Source: Paracoccaceae bacterium (GTDB taxonomy: Bacteria > Pseudomonadota > Alphaproteobacteria > Rhodobacterales > Rhodobacteraceae). Taken from it: DNA of 64,000 bases. The stretch is taken from contig JACKKD010000004.1 of NCBI GenBank assembly GCA_020637675.1, forward strand, positions 14,787-78,786, in the 5' to 3' direction. Positions 9,265 through 18,092 of this stretch are shown piece after piece (the first letter of the stretch is position 1; every line of letters begins with the position of its first letter). The notes below the pieces were generated by a model. That model worked only from the letters and a program-made list of their open reading frames with translations. It did not search any database and was not told the origin of the DNA. A program made the position numbers and the translations under genes.

Positions 9265-10620
9265 TCAGACGGCCGGGCTGTGGCCCGACTTCGACAGGTC
9301 GTAGGCATCGAAGGCCCGCGCGATCATGCGGGTGAGGGGCCGGGCGCGCTCGGGGATCGCAATGCCGACGGCGGTGACGTCGACCATGTCGCCGAACTCC
9401 GCCTTCGCGCGGTCGAACATGGCGCGCACCTGGGCGTCCGTCGCGCCGAAATCGCGCGTCAACTCGGCCAGGTCGATGCGGAAGTCGCACATCAGCGCCT
9501 CGATCATCCGGGCGCGGAGCACGTCCTCGCCGCGGAAGATATGGCCCTTTGCCGTGGCATATTCGCCCGCCCGGACCGCCTTGGTGTAGGCGGAGGTGCT
9601 GGGCGCGTTCTGGGCATAGCCCTGCGGGAAGCGCGAGATCGAGGAGGCGCCGAGCCCGACCAGAACGGAGGCCGTGTCGTCCGTATAGCCCTGGAAGTTG
9701 CGCCGGAGCCTGCCCTCGCGCGCGGCGACGGCGAGCCCGTCGGAGGGCAGGGCAAAATGGTCGATGCCGATTTCAGCGTAGCCGTCGGCCACGAAGAGGT
9801 CGCGCGCAGTCTCGAAGAGCCGGAGCCGCTCTTCCGGGCGGGGCAGCGCGTCCGAGGGGATCATGACCTGCCGGCGCGCCATCCACGGAACATGCGCGTA
9901 GCCATAGAGAGCGACCCGGTCGGGGCTGAGCGAGAGGAGCTTCTGGACCGAGGCCGCGATCCGTTCGCGGGTCTGGAAAGGCAGCCCGAAGAGGATGTCG
10001 GCGTTGAGCGAGGCAATCCCGCGCGCGCGGAGCTTGTCGATCGCGAGCTTTGTCACCTCGAATGTCTGGTCGCGGCCGATCGCCTCCTGGATCGCGGGAT
10101 CGAAGTCCTGCACGCCGATGGACGCGCGGTTCATGCCGGCCGCCGCGAGCGCGTCGAGCCGGCCGTCGTCGATCTCGTTCGGGTCGATCTCGACCGAGAA
10201 CTCGGCGTCTGGCCCAAGCGGCACCACGTCGAAGACCCTGCGCGCGACCTCCGCCATGACCTCCGGCGGCATCATCGTCGGCGTGCCGCCGCCCCAGTGG
10301 AGCCGCGACAGCGTGACACCGCGCGGCAGGTCGGCGGCGAGAATCGCCAGTTCCGCCTTCAGCACCTCGGCATAGGCGCGCACCGGATCGTCCGACGCGG
10401 TGCCCTGCGTGCGGCAGGCACAGAACCAGCAGAGCCTGCGACAGAAGGGCACATGCATGTAAAGCGAAATGCGGGCGCCTTCGGGAATCGCACGCACCCA
10501 GTCGCGGAAAACCCTTGCGTTCACGTCCGAATTGAAATGCGGCGCAGTCGGATAGCTCGTGTAGCGCGGGACACGCGCGTCAAACAATCCGAGCCGCGCG
10601 AGTTGCGCTTCCTCTGCCAT
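9265..10620 (-). CDS. hemN: oxygen-independent coproporphyrinogen III oxidase (radical SAM)
   Basis: 451 aa. CxxxCxxC motif (FCRRLCWFC) and HemN-like N- and C-terminal regions. Divergent from fnrL, as in the Rhodobacter hemZ-fnrL arrangement. Confidence 0.92.
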   Translation of the reverse strand: MAEEAQLARLGLFDARVPRYTSYPTAPHFNSDVNARVFRDWVRAIPEGARISLYMHVPFCRRLCWFCACRTQGTASDDPVRAYAEVLKAELAILAADLPRGVTLSRLHWGGGTPTMMPPEVMAEVARRVFDVVPLGPDAEFSVEIDPNEIDDGRLDALAAAGMNRASIGVQDFDPAIQEAIGRDQTFEVTKLAIDKLRARGIASLNADILFGLPFQTRERIAASVQKLLSLSPDRVALYGYAHVPWMARRQVMIPSDALPRPEERLRLFETARDLFVADGYAEIGIDHFALPSDGLAVAAREGRLRRNFQGYTDDTASVLVGLGASSISRFPQGYAQNAPSTSAYTKAVRAGEYATAKGHIFRGEDVLRARMIEALMCDFRIDLAELTRDFGATDAQVRAMFDRAKAEFGDMVDVTAVGIAIPERARPLTRMIARAFDAYDLSKSGHSPAV

Positions 10621-10655
10621 GCGCCTAGCCTTAGGCAGCGCGAAACGGGGAATCC

Positions 10656-10669
10656 TTGACGTAGATCAA
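10656..10669. promoter_or_regulatory. FNR/FnrL binding site (TTGAC-GTAG-ATCAA)
   Basis: Matches the TTGAT-N4-ATCAA consensus at 9 of 10 positions. Lies in the 57-bp hemN-fnrL divergent intergenic region. Confidence 0.75.
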
Positions 10670-10677
10670 ATCCACGC

Positions 10678-11424
10678 ATGACCATTCTTGAAGTCCTCCA
10701 CACGGCGCCGAGTTGCGGCACCTGCCCGATCCGCCACCGCGCGGTATGTGCGCGTTGCGAGACCGACGAGCTCGCCGCGCTCGACGCGATCAAGTTCTAC
10801 CGGAGTTTCGAGGCCGGCCAGACGCTGATCTGGGCCGGCGACCGGATGGATTTCGTGGCCTCTGTGGTATCGGGTGTGGCGACGCTGACGCAGGTGATGG
10901 AAGACGGGCGGACGCAGACCGTGGGCCTGCTCTTCCCCTCCGATTTCGTCGGCCGGCCGGGGCGCGAAAGGGCGCCTTACAACGTGATCGCCACGACCGA
11001 CCTCCTGATGTGCTGCTTCCGCAAGAAGCCGTTCGAGGAACTGATGGGGCGCACGCCGCACATCGGCCAGCGGCTCCTGGAGATGACGCTGGACGAGCTC
11101 GACGCGGCGCGGGAGTGGATGCTGCTTCTCGGCCGCAAGACCGCGCGCGAGAAGATCGCGAGCCTTCTTGCGATCGTCGGGCGGCGCGATGCGGCCCTGC
11201 ACCTGCGCAAGCCGCAGGGCCAGATGGTCTTCGACCTGCCGCTGACGCGCGAGGCCATGGCCGATTACCTCGGCCTGACGCTGGAGACGGTGAGCCGGCA
11301 GATCTCGGCCCTGAAGCGCGACGGGGTGATCGAGCTCGAGGGCAAGCGGCACGTCACGGTGCCCGACTACAACCGGCTTCTGGAAGAGGCGGGCGACGAT
11401 GCCGACGGCGGGTTCTTCGGCTGA
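10678..11424 (+). CDS. fnrL: Crp/Fnr family oxygen-responsive transcriptional regulator
   Basis: 248 aa. N-terminal Cys cluster CGTCPIRHRAVCARC, a cNMP-binding-like fold, and an HTH with the ETVSR recognition motif. Confidence 0.92.
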   Translation: MTILEVLHTAPSCGTCPIRHRAVCARCETDELAALDAIKFYRSFEAGQTLIWAGDRMDFVASVVSGVATLTQVMEDGRTQTVGLLFPSDFVGRPGRERAPYNVIATTDLLMCCFRKKPFEELMGRTPHIGQRLLEMTLDELDAAREWMLLLGRKTAREKIASLLAIVGRRDAALHLRKPQGQMVFDLPLTREAMADYLGLTLETVSRQISALKRDGVIELEGKRHVTVPDYNRLLEEAGDDADGGFFG

Positions 11425-11497
11425 GACCAGCTTCACAATCGTGCGGCGTCACCGCCCAGGCCTAGCCTCTGGAAGGTGATGGCGGCGGGGGGCGGAC

Positions 11498-12472
11498 ATG
11501 GTTCGGCGGTGTTGGGTGGTCATCCTGGCCGGGTCGATGCTGGGGCCCGCCGCTGCTCAGGACTGGTCGATCTTCGAGGGCGAACATGAGACCGCGCTCT
11601 CGAACTGTTCGGCCCATGACGGGTCTCTGGCGGAAAGCTGCGTGGAGCTCCTGTGTTTCTGGGACGGGCAGTTCCAGATATCGCTCGAGTTGAAGGCGGC
11701 TCGGGTGCCGCCGCAAGCGAAGGCCGTGATTGCCCTTGACGGAACACCGACCTTCGTGGACCTGACGGGAACCGGTCAGCCGTTGAATTTCTCGACACCG
11801 GTGACAGGGAAGACATTCGTCGCCATGATGGACAGCATGGCCCGCGCCCGTCAGATGTCGGTGATGCTTGACGCGCCGGCGCTGAACCTGCCCGCACTGC
11901 AGTCGATCCCGATGAGCGGATTCGCGCCCCGCATGGCGGCGTTTCGCGACAACTGCGTGGACCCGCTGATGCTGACCATGCAGGGCGCGCCTGCGTCGCT
12001 GCCGCCCGCACCCGCGCCAACGCCCGAAGCGACCCCGGCCACCGATCCTGCACGCTTCCCCACGACTGCCTCGCTCGCCGACACCGGTCCGGCGGTCGTC
12101 GACCTCGCCCACCGCCTGCTTGCCCGCGAGATCGCGGAGGCGGAGGCAGACGCGGGGCGGGGCATCGAGGTCCTTCCCGAGCTTGTCCGCTTTGCCGACG
12201 GGCGGCAGCTTCTGGAGGTGCTTCTCTGCGATCCGACATGGTTCGGCATCACCGGCTGCGAGACGCACATCTTCACCGCGCAGAGCCCCGAAGCTCCCTT
12301 CGCGGCATCCATCAGCGGCTTGATCGGGGGCGGGCCATACTGGCTCGACCTCACCGTCGGGGCCGGCGGCTGGCCCGATATCCTGTCGCAGCCCCATACC
12401 GGCGGGGGAAGCTTCGCCCGGATGCGCTGGACCGGGTCGCGCTATGACATCTGCCCCCAAGGGCTCTGTTGA
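11498..12472 (+). CDS. secreted cysteine-containing two-domain protein, unknown function
   Basis: 324 aa. Signal peptide ending AAAQD. Pro/Ala-rich central linker (PASLPPAPAPTPEATPATDP). Conserved-looking Cys pairs in both halves. Confidence 0.65.
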   Translation: MVRRCWVVILAGSMLGPAAAQDWSIFEGEHETALSNCSAHDGSLAESCVELLCFWDGQFQISLELKAARVPPQAKAVIALDGTPTFVDLTGTGQPLNFSTPVTGKTFVAMMDSMARARQMSVMLDAPALNLPALQSIPMSGFAPRMAAFRDNCVDPLMLTMQGAPASLPPAPAPTPEATPATDPARFPTTASLADTGPAVVDLAHRLLAREIAEAEADAGRGIEVLPELVRFADGRQLLEVLLCDPTWFGITGCETHIFTAQSPEAPFAASISGLIGGGPYWLDLTVGAGGWPDILSQPHTGGGSFARMRWTGSRYDICPQGLC

Positions 12473-12584
12473 CGATGATCGCGCCGTGATATTTTCACGC
12501 GGAACTGAAGTCCGCAGGCAGTCAGATCAATCGGTTTGTGCCGTATCTAACTCTTGAAAGGCGAGCGAGGTATGGAAGCGAGAG

Positions 12585-12606
12585 CGGGCGGCTCACGCCG
12601 CCCGCC
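12585..12606. terminator. GC-rich stem-loop between convergent genes
   Basis: GCGGGCGG-CTCACG-CCGCCCGC hairpin between the secreted-protein gene and usp. No clear T tract. Confidence 0.4.
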
Positions 12607-12615
12607 GGATGCCTC

Positions 12616-13455
12616 TCAGTGGGCCATGAAGACCGGAATGTCAGCCATTTCCAGCATGTTGCGCGTTGCCCCGCCAAGGATCGCCTCGCGGAAGCGGGAA
12701 TGGCCGTAGGCGCCCATCACGATGAGGTCGGCGTTCTCGTCGCGGGCATGGCGCGACAGGACCTCGGATGTGCGGGGCAGGGTCTTGGCGAGCACCGAAA
12801 CCTCGGCATGGACGCCATGCCGCGCGAGATATTGCGACAGCATCCCGCCCGGGTCCGACCGCTCCGGCCCATGGGTGGGCGGGTCGATAATGGTGATGTC
12901 CACCTCGGAGGCGGCCTTGAGAAGCGGCAGCGCGGCCCGCGCGGCCATCAGCGCCTCGTCGCTCTGGTTCCAGGCCATCACGACGCGCTTGCCGAAGTTG
13001 GTGCCGGTGAAGCCTTCCGGCAGGACCAGCACGGGGGCGTGACCCTCGAAGAGCGCAGCTTCCAGGATCGCCTCGGCGGCCGGGCCCCCGGCCTTGCCGT
13101 AGGGCTTTGGCAGCACGACGAGATCGCAAAAGCGGGCGAGCATCGCCACCGGTCCGCCGATGGCCCCGATCTGCGCGACCGCGGAATCGACGCCCCAGCG
13201 GATGTCCTCACGCTCCAGCCGCGTCTTCACGGCGGCTTCTGTGGTCGAAGCTTCCTCCTTGGCCTGGTTGTAGGCTTCCTGGGTGAGGATCGCGGTTGCG
13301 CCGGCATAGTAGTAGCCAGTCTGCGTCCGGTCCACGCCGATGCAGAGCACATCCAGATGCGCGTCCTCGCGCCTGGCGAGCGCCACGGCCGCGTCAAGCT
13401 GCGAGGCGGCCGTGGCGGGATCGGTAACTACGGTCAGAAGCGATTTGAAAGCCAT
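12616..13455 (-). CDS. universal stress protein, tandem UspA domains
   Basis: About 279 aa starting at MAFKSLLTVVTDP. Two Usp repeats. C-terminal motif GAYGHSRFREAILGGATRNML. Confidence 0.85.
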   Translation of the reverse strand: MAFKSLLTVVTDPATAASQLDAAVALARREDAHLDVLCIGVDRTQTGYYYAGATAILTQEAYNQAKEEASTTEAAVKTRLEREDIRWGVDSAVAQIGAIGGPVAMLARFCDLVVLPKPYGKAGGPAAEAILEAALFEGHAPVLVLPEGFTGTNFGKRVVMAWNQSDEALMAARAALPLLKAASEVDITIIDPPTHGPERSDPGGMLSQYLARHGVHAEVSVLAKTLPRTSEVLSRHARDENADLIVMGAYGHSRFREAILGGATRNMLEMADIPVFMAH

Positions 13456-13521
13456 AAGGCATCTCCTTTGCTGCGCGGGGCATCCTGCCACAGAATGTGC
13501 GACGCCGGCAGCGTTGCCGCT

Positions 13522-13535
13522 TTGACAAGGATCAA
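13522..13535. promoter_or_regulatory. FNR/FnrL binding site (TTGAC-AAGG-ATCAA)
   Basis: Consensus-like palindrome in the usp-ccoN divergent region, proximal to usp. Confidence 0.7.
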
Positions 13536-13553
13536 GCCTTGCGGACCGGTGAT

Positions 13554-13567
13554 TTGACCCAGATCAA
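13554..13567. promoter_or_regulatory. FNR/FnrL binding site (TTGAC-CCAG-ATCAA)
   Basis: Second consensus-like palindrome, 32 bp centre to centre from the first, on the ccoN side. Confidence 0.7.
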
Positions 13568-13663
13568 TGCGACGGAGAGGTCCCGCCCGCACAACCCGGC
13601 CAGACCTCCACTGCCCGTGTCACAACGAATCGGGCGGACAAGGCATGACGAGGGAACGCTGAC

Positions 13664-15265
13664 ATGTGGGATTACATCAAGCTCGCCTTGCTTGGCGCCG
13701 TCGCGGTTCTGGCCGCGATCGCAGCCAACTATGCGCGCGATCTGGCTTACATGGTCAACGCTCTGACGGTGATGATCGCCGCAGCGCTGACCTTCCTCTG
13801 GGTCCTGAGGACTATGGGGGAGTACCGGCCTGTGCGGGCCAACGAATACAATGACGGCGTGGTGCGCGCAGGCGTCATCGCCACGGTCCTGTGGGGCGTT
13901 GTGGGCTTTCTCGTGGGTGTCACGGCTGCTTTCCAGCTCGCCTTTCCGCAGCTCAACCTCTCTGAATTCGCGCACGGCTACATGAACTTCGGCAAGCTGA
14001 GGCCGCTGCACACCTCGGCGGTGATCTTCGCCTTCGGTGGCAACGCCCTGATCATGTCGTCGTTCTACGTTGTCCAGCGCACCTCCGCGGCGCGGCTCTG
14101 GGGCGGCAACCTCGCCTGGTTCGTCTTCTGGGGTTACCAGCTCGTCATCGTGCTGGCGGCGACGGGTTACATCCTCGGCGCCACCCAGTCCAAGGAATAT
14201 GCCGAGCCGGAATGGCTCACCGACTGGTGGCTGACCATCGTCTGGGTCGCCTATCTCGCGGTCTTCATGGGCACGATCGTCAAGCGGAAGGAACCCCACA
14301 TCTACGTGGCGAACTGGTTCTACCTCAGCTTCATCGTGACCATCGCGATGCTGCACGTCGTCAACAACCTCGCGATCCCCGTCTCGGTCTTCGGCTCGAA
14401 ATCGGTTCAGGTCTTCTCGGGCGTGCAGGACGCGATGACCCAGTGGTGGTACGGGCACAACGCGGTGGGCTTCTTCCTGACCGCGGGCTTCCTCGGGATG
14501 ATGTACTATTTCGTGCCGAAGCAGGCCGAACGCCCGGTCTACAGCTACAAGCTCAGCATCATCCACTTCTGGGCACTGATCTTCCTCTACATCTGGGCGG
14601 GCCCGCACCACCTGCACTACACCGCGCTCCCGGACTGGGCCGCAACGCTCGGCATGGTGTTCTCGGTGGTGCTCTGGATGCCCTCCTGGGGCGGCATGAT
14701 CAACGGCCTGATGACGCTCTCGGGCGCCTGGGACAAGCTCAGGACCGACCCGATCATCCGGATGATGGTGGTGTCCGTCGGTTTCTACGGCATGTCCACC
14801 TTCGAAGGGCCCATGATGTCGATCAAGGCTGTGAACAGCCTTTCGCACTACACCGACTGGACCATCGGCCACGTCCATTCCGGTGCACTCGGCTGGAACG
14901 GCATGATCACCTTCGGCGCGCTATACTTCCTCGTGCCGCGGCTGTGGAACCGCGAGCGACTCTACTCGCTCAGCCTCGTATCCTGGCACTTCTGGCTCGC
15001 CACCATCGGGATCGTGCTCTACGCCGCCTCGATGTGGGTCACGGGGATCATGGAGGGTCTGATGTGGCGCGAAGTCGATGCGCAGGGCTTCCTCGTGAAC
15101 GCCTTCGCCGACACGGTGGCCGCGAAGTTCCCGATGTACGTGGTGCGGGCCCTTGGCGGGGTGCTCTACCTCACCGGCGCGATCATCATGGCCTACAACC
15201 TGTGGGCCACGGTGGCGAAGCAACCGGCGGTTGCCAGTACTAACAACGCCGTCCCGGCCGAGTGA
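13664..15265 (+). CDS. ccoN: cytochrome cbb3 oxidase subunit I
   Basis: 533 aa. Polytopic heme-copper oxidase subunit. Followed by ccoO, ccoQ and ccoP. Confidence 0.95.
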   Translation: MWDYIKLALLGAVAVLAAIAANYARDLAYMVNALTVMIAAALTFLWVLRTMGEYRPVRANEYNDGVVRAGVIATVLWGVVGFLVGVTAAFQLAFPQLNLSEFAHGYMNFGKLRPLHTSAVIFAFGGNALIMSSFYVVQRTSAARLWGGNLAWFVFWGYQLVIVLAATGYILGATQSKEYAEPEWLTDWWLTIVWVAYLAVFMGTIVKRKEPHIYVANWFYLSFIVTIAMLHVVNNLAIPVSVFGSKSVQVFSGVQDAMTQWWYGHNAVGFFLTAGFLGMMYYFVPKQAERPVYSYKLSIIHFWALIFLYIWAGPHHLHYTALPDWAATLGMVFSVVLWMPSWGGMINGLMTLSGAWDKLRTDPIIRMMVVSVGFYGMSTFEGPMMSIKAVNSLSHYTDWTIGHVHSGALGWNGMITFGALYFLVPRLWNRERLYSLSLVSWHFWLATIGIVLYAASMWVTGIMEGLMWREVDAQGFLVNAFADTVAAKFPMYVVRALGGVLYLTGAIIMAYNLWATVAKQPAVASTNNAVPAE

Positions 15266-15280
15266 GAGGAGCTTCGGACC

Positions 15281-16030
15281 ATGTCCATTCTTGAAAAGCA
15301 CAAGTTCCTCGAAACGAATGCGACCGCGCTTCTCATCGGTGCCTTCGCGGTGGTGACGATCGGCGGCATCGTTGAGATCGTGCCGCTCTTCTATCTCGAG
15401 AACACGATCGAGAAGGTGGAGGGCGTGCGCCCCTACACGCCCCTGGAACTCACCGGCCGCGACATCTACATCCGCGAGGGCTGCTACGTCTGCCACAGCC
15501 AGATGATCCGCCCGATGCGCGACGAGGTTGAGCGCTACGGTCACTACAGCCTCGCGGCCGAAAGCCAGTACGACCATCCGTTCCAGTGGGGCTCGAAGCG
15601 GACGGGCCCCGACCTCGCCCGCGTCGGCGGCCGCTATTCGGACGAGTGGCACATCGACCACCTGACCGACCCGCAGTCGGTCGTGCCGGAATCGGTGATG
15701 CCGAAGTATGGCTTCCTCGCCAACCGGCTGATCGAGCCGGAGCACATCGCGGACCGGCTTTCGACGGACGCGATGGTGGGCGTGCCCTACACGTCCGAGA
15801 TGATCGAACTCGCCAAGGCAGACTTCGCCGCGCAGGCCGATCCGAATTCCGATACCGCGGGGCTGCAGGAACGTTACGGCGCCGCCGCCTTCCCGGGCGG
15901 CAAGGACGTGGTCGTGTCGAACTTCGACCGCCAGCCGGGCATCACCGAGATGGATGCGCTCATCGCCTATCTGCAGGTGCTGGGCACGATGGTCGACTTC
16001 ACGACCTTCCAGCCCGACATGGCCCGCTGA
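15281..16030 (+). CDS. ccoO: cytochrome cbb3 oxidase subunit II (monoheme)
   Basis: 249 aa. N-terminal TM and a single CYVCH heme c motif. Confidence 0.95.
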   Translation: MSILEKHKFLETNATALLIGAFAVVTIGGIVEIVPLFYLENTIEKVEGVRPYTPLELTGRDIYIREGCYVCHSQMIRPMRDEVERYGHYSLAAESQYDHPFQWGSKRTGPDLARVGGRYSDEWHIDHLTDPQSVVPESVMPKYGFLANRLIEPEHIADRLSTDAMVGVPYTSEMIELAKADFAAQADPNSDTAGLQERYGAAAFPGGKDVVVSNFDRQPGITEMDALIAYLQVLGTMVDFTTFQPDMAR

Positions 16031-16041
16031 GGAGGGGAGCG

Positions 16042-16248
16042 ATGGATTTCTATTCGCTTCTTAGGGAATTCGCGGACAGCTGGGTGCTTCTGGCGCTCTT
16101 CCTGTTCTTCGGCGCCATCGTGCTCTGGGCGTTCCGGCCCGGGTCGCGGGCGATCCACGAGGACATCGCGAACATCCCCTTCCGGCACGAAGACAAACCC
16201 GCGCGTGGCGAGGGCTTGGAAGCCCGCCCGCAGGAGGCCTCGAAATGA
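16042..16248 (+). CDS. ccoQ: cytochrome cbb3 oxidase small subunit
   Basis: 68 aa ([31 protein letters not shown]) with a single TM. Its stop overlaps the ccoP ATG (ATGA). Confidence 0.85.
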   Translation: MDFYSLLREFADSWVLLALFLFFGAIVLWAFRPGSRAIHEDIANIPFRHEDKPARGEGLEARPQEASK

Positions 16249-17114
16249 GCAAGAGACCCGTGACGACGAAGTCCGATCCGGAAACCACCGGCCACGAGTG
16301 GGACGGCATTCAGGAGTTCAACAACCCCTTGCCGCGCTGGTGGCTCTGGACCTTCTACCTGACCATCATCTGGGCGGTGGGCTACACGATCGCCTATCCG
16401 GCCTGGCCGCTCGTGTCGGGCGCCACGCAGGGGCTTCTGGGGCAGGACACCCGCGCCGACGTGGCGGCCGAGATCCAACGCTACTCAGAGGCGAACGCGC
16501 CGGTCGAGGCGAAACTGGTGGCGGCGGACCTGAACGCCATCGCGGCCGACCCCGAACTCGCCAACTACACGCAGAACGCCGGCGGCGCGATCTTCCGCAC
16601 CTGGTGCGCGCAGTGCCACGGCTCGGGCGCGGCCGGGGCGGCGGGCTACCCCAACCTGCTCGACAACGACTGGCTCTGGGGTGGCACGATGGAGGACATC
16701 CACACCACCATCACGCACGGCATCCGCAACACCGAAGACCCCGACGCGCGCTATTCGGAAATGCCGAAGTTCGGCGCCGACGGGCTGCTGGAGCCCGAGC
16801 AGATCGACCAGGTCGTGCAGTATGTCCTGCAGATCTCGGGGCAGGAGCACGAAGCCGCGCTCGCCAGCGAAGGCGCGGTCGTGTTCACCGACAACTGCGC
16901 GGCCTGCCACATGGAAGACGGCACTGGCGACCGGGCGCAGGGTGCCCCGAACCTAACCGACGCGATCTGGCTCTACGGTGGCGATCAGGCCACTCTGACC
17001 GAGACCGTCACGAACGCCCGCTTCGGCGTGATGCCGTCCTGGACTGGGCGTCTGAGCGAATCCGACATCCGCGCGGTTGCGGCCTGGGTCCACAGCCGCG
17101 GCGGCGGCGAGTAA
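16245..17114 (+). CDS. ccoP: cytochrome cbb3 oxidase subunit III (diheme)
   Basis: 289 aa. N-terminal TM and two heme c motifs, CAQCH and CAACH. Confidence 0.95.
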   Translation: MSKRPVTTKSDPETTGHEWDGIQEFNNPLPRWWLWTFYLTIIWAVGYTIAYPAWPLVSGATQGLLGQDTRADVAAEIQRYSEANAPVEAKLVAADLNAIAADPELANYTQNAGGAIFRTWCAQCHGSGAAGAAGYPNLLDNDWLWGGTMEDIHTTITHGIRNTEDPDARYSEMPKFGADGLLEPEQIDQVVQYVLQISGQEHEAALASEGAVVFTDNCAACHMEDGTGDRAQGAPNLTDAIWLYGGDQATLTETVTNARFGVMPSWTGRLSESDIRAVAAWVHSRGGGE

Positions 17115-17124
17115 CAACGGAATT

Positions 17125-17146
17125 CGGGGGGGCAACCGCCCCCCCG
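17125..17146. terminator. G/C hairpin between convergent ccoP and the DUF2270-like gene
   Basis: CGGGGGGGC-AACC-GCCCCCCCG perfect stem. No T tract. Confidence 0.45.
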
Positions 17147-17210
17147 GATGAGAGCATCGGCGCCCCGTCCTGTTCGCGCGTTTCCTGGGGGCGCCGGTGC
17201 CTTTCTCCTT

Positions 17211-17894
17211 CTACCCCATCGCTACGCCCTTGCCACCACGTTCTTCGGCGCGGCGCGCATCGCTTCTGGCGACCCAGTTCGCCAGCACCGCGCCCGACGC
17301 GATGTAAAGGACACCGAAGCCCAACACGGCCTCGCCCGGCAGCGGGCCGACGTCGGCACGGGTCACGAAGCCGGCCCAGCTTGTCACCGGCAGCGGATGG
17401 ATCATCAGCTTGCCGACAAACGCGATGCCCTGGATCAGGAGAATCCAGAGGTAGTTGCGTCGGATCCGCCGGCCGAGCGCGGTCACGAAGGAGATGTGAT
17501 AGGTCGGGTGGAGGTAATCGTCGGCAAGGACGGTGTGCCAGGCGGTTTCGGTCCTGAGGTCGCCCGATTTCAGCATCGGCGCGTAGAAGTTCCTTTCCAG
17601 CCAGCGCGATCGCGCCCGCCAGACGTTGAAGTAGCGGTAGCGCCGCGCTTCCAGGTTGAGGAAGACGAGTATGAGGATCCCGACGAGGAGGAGCGGCAGC
17701 GGCGAGGCGTCCGGCGAGGCGAAGGTGATCGAGAGCGCGACGCCGAGAGTCACCACTGCCCAGTTGGTCGTGGTGTCGAGACGGGTCCGCCAGATCGTCG
17801 ATCGGTAGACCTCCGCCCGGTAGAGATGCGCGATGGCGCCGATCTCGGCCGCGTTGAATTCGGTGTACTCGATGGCACTGCGTCGTCCAGACAT
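17211..17894 (-). CDS. integral membrane protein, DUF2270-like
   Basis: About 227 aa from MSGRRSAIEYTEF. Motif LYRAEVYRSTIWRTRLDTTTNWAVV followed by several TM helices. The family name is from memory only. Confidence 0.7.
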   Translation of the reverse strand: MSGRRSAIEYTEFNAAEIGAIAHLYRAEVYRSTIWRTRLDTTTNWAVVTLGVALSITFASPDASPLPLLLVGILILVFLNLEARRYRYFNVWRARSRWLERNFYAPMLKSGDLRTETAWHTVLADDYLHPTYHISFVTALGRRIRRNYLWILLIQGIAFVGKLMIHPLPVTSWAGFVTRADVGPLPGEAVLGFGVLYIASGAVLANWVARSDARRAEERGGKGVAMG

Positions 17895-18015
17895 GGTCCC
17901 CTCCCTCGCTGCCGCCCGTGCGCCGATTTGACGCCCGGAAGCACCGCCCGCCAAGCGCGAAATCACTTGAGCGTGAACCGAAGAGGGCGTTTTCGCCGCA
18001 TGTGCGGGCGGGATT

Positions 18016-18029
18016 TTGACCTGTATCAA
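18016..18029. promoter_or_regulatory. FNR/FnrL binding site (TTGAC-CTGT-ATCAA)
   Basis: Consensus-like palindrome about 70 bp upstream of the ccoG ATG, in the region divergent from the DUF2270-like gene. Confidence 0.7.
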
Positions 18030-18092
18030 GGCTCCGACAGGCCATGTCCGCGTAAGTCAGACCGCGCGAACAGTGAAATCCGGGATACTTTC

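Noticed and set aside
13532-14878. 448-aa minus-strand ORF antisense to ccoN. Comparable ORFs occur at 14921-15745, 17008-18045, 18057-19085 and 19717-21900 across the cco genes.
   Set aside because: The sense-strand genes are unambiguous (heme and Fe-S motifs, P-type ATPase motifs). The antisense products have no recognisable domains.
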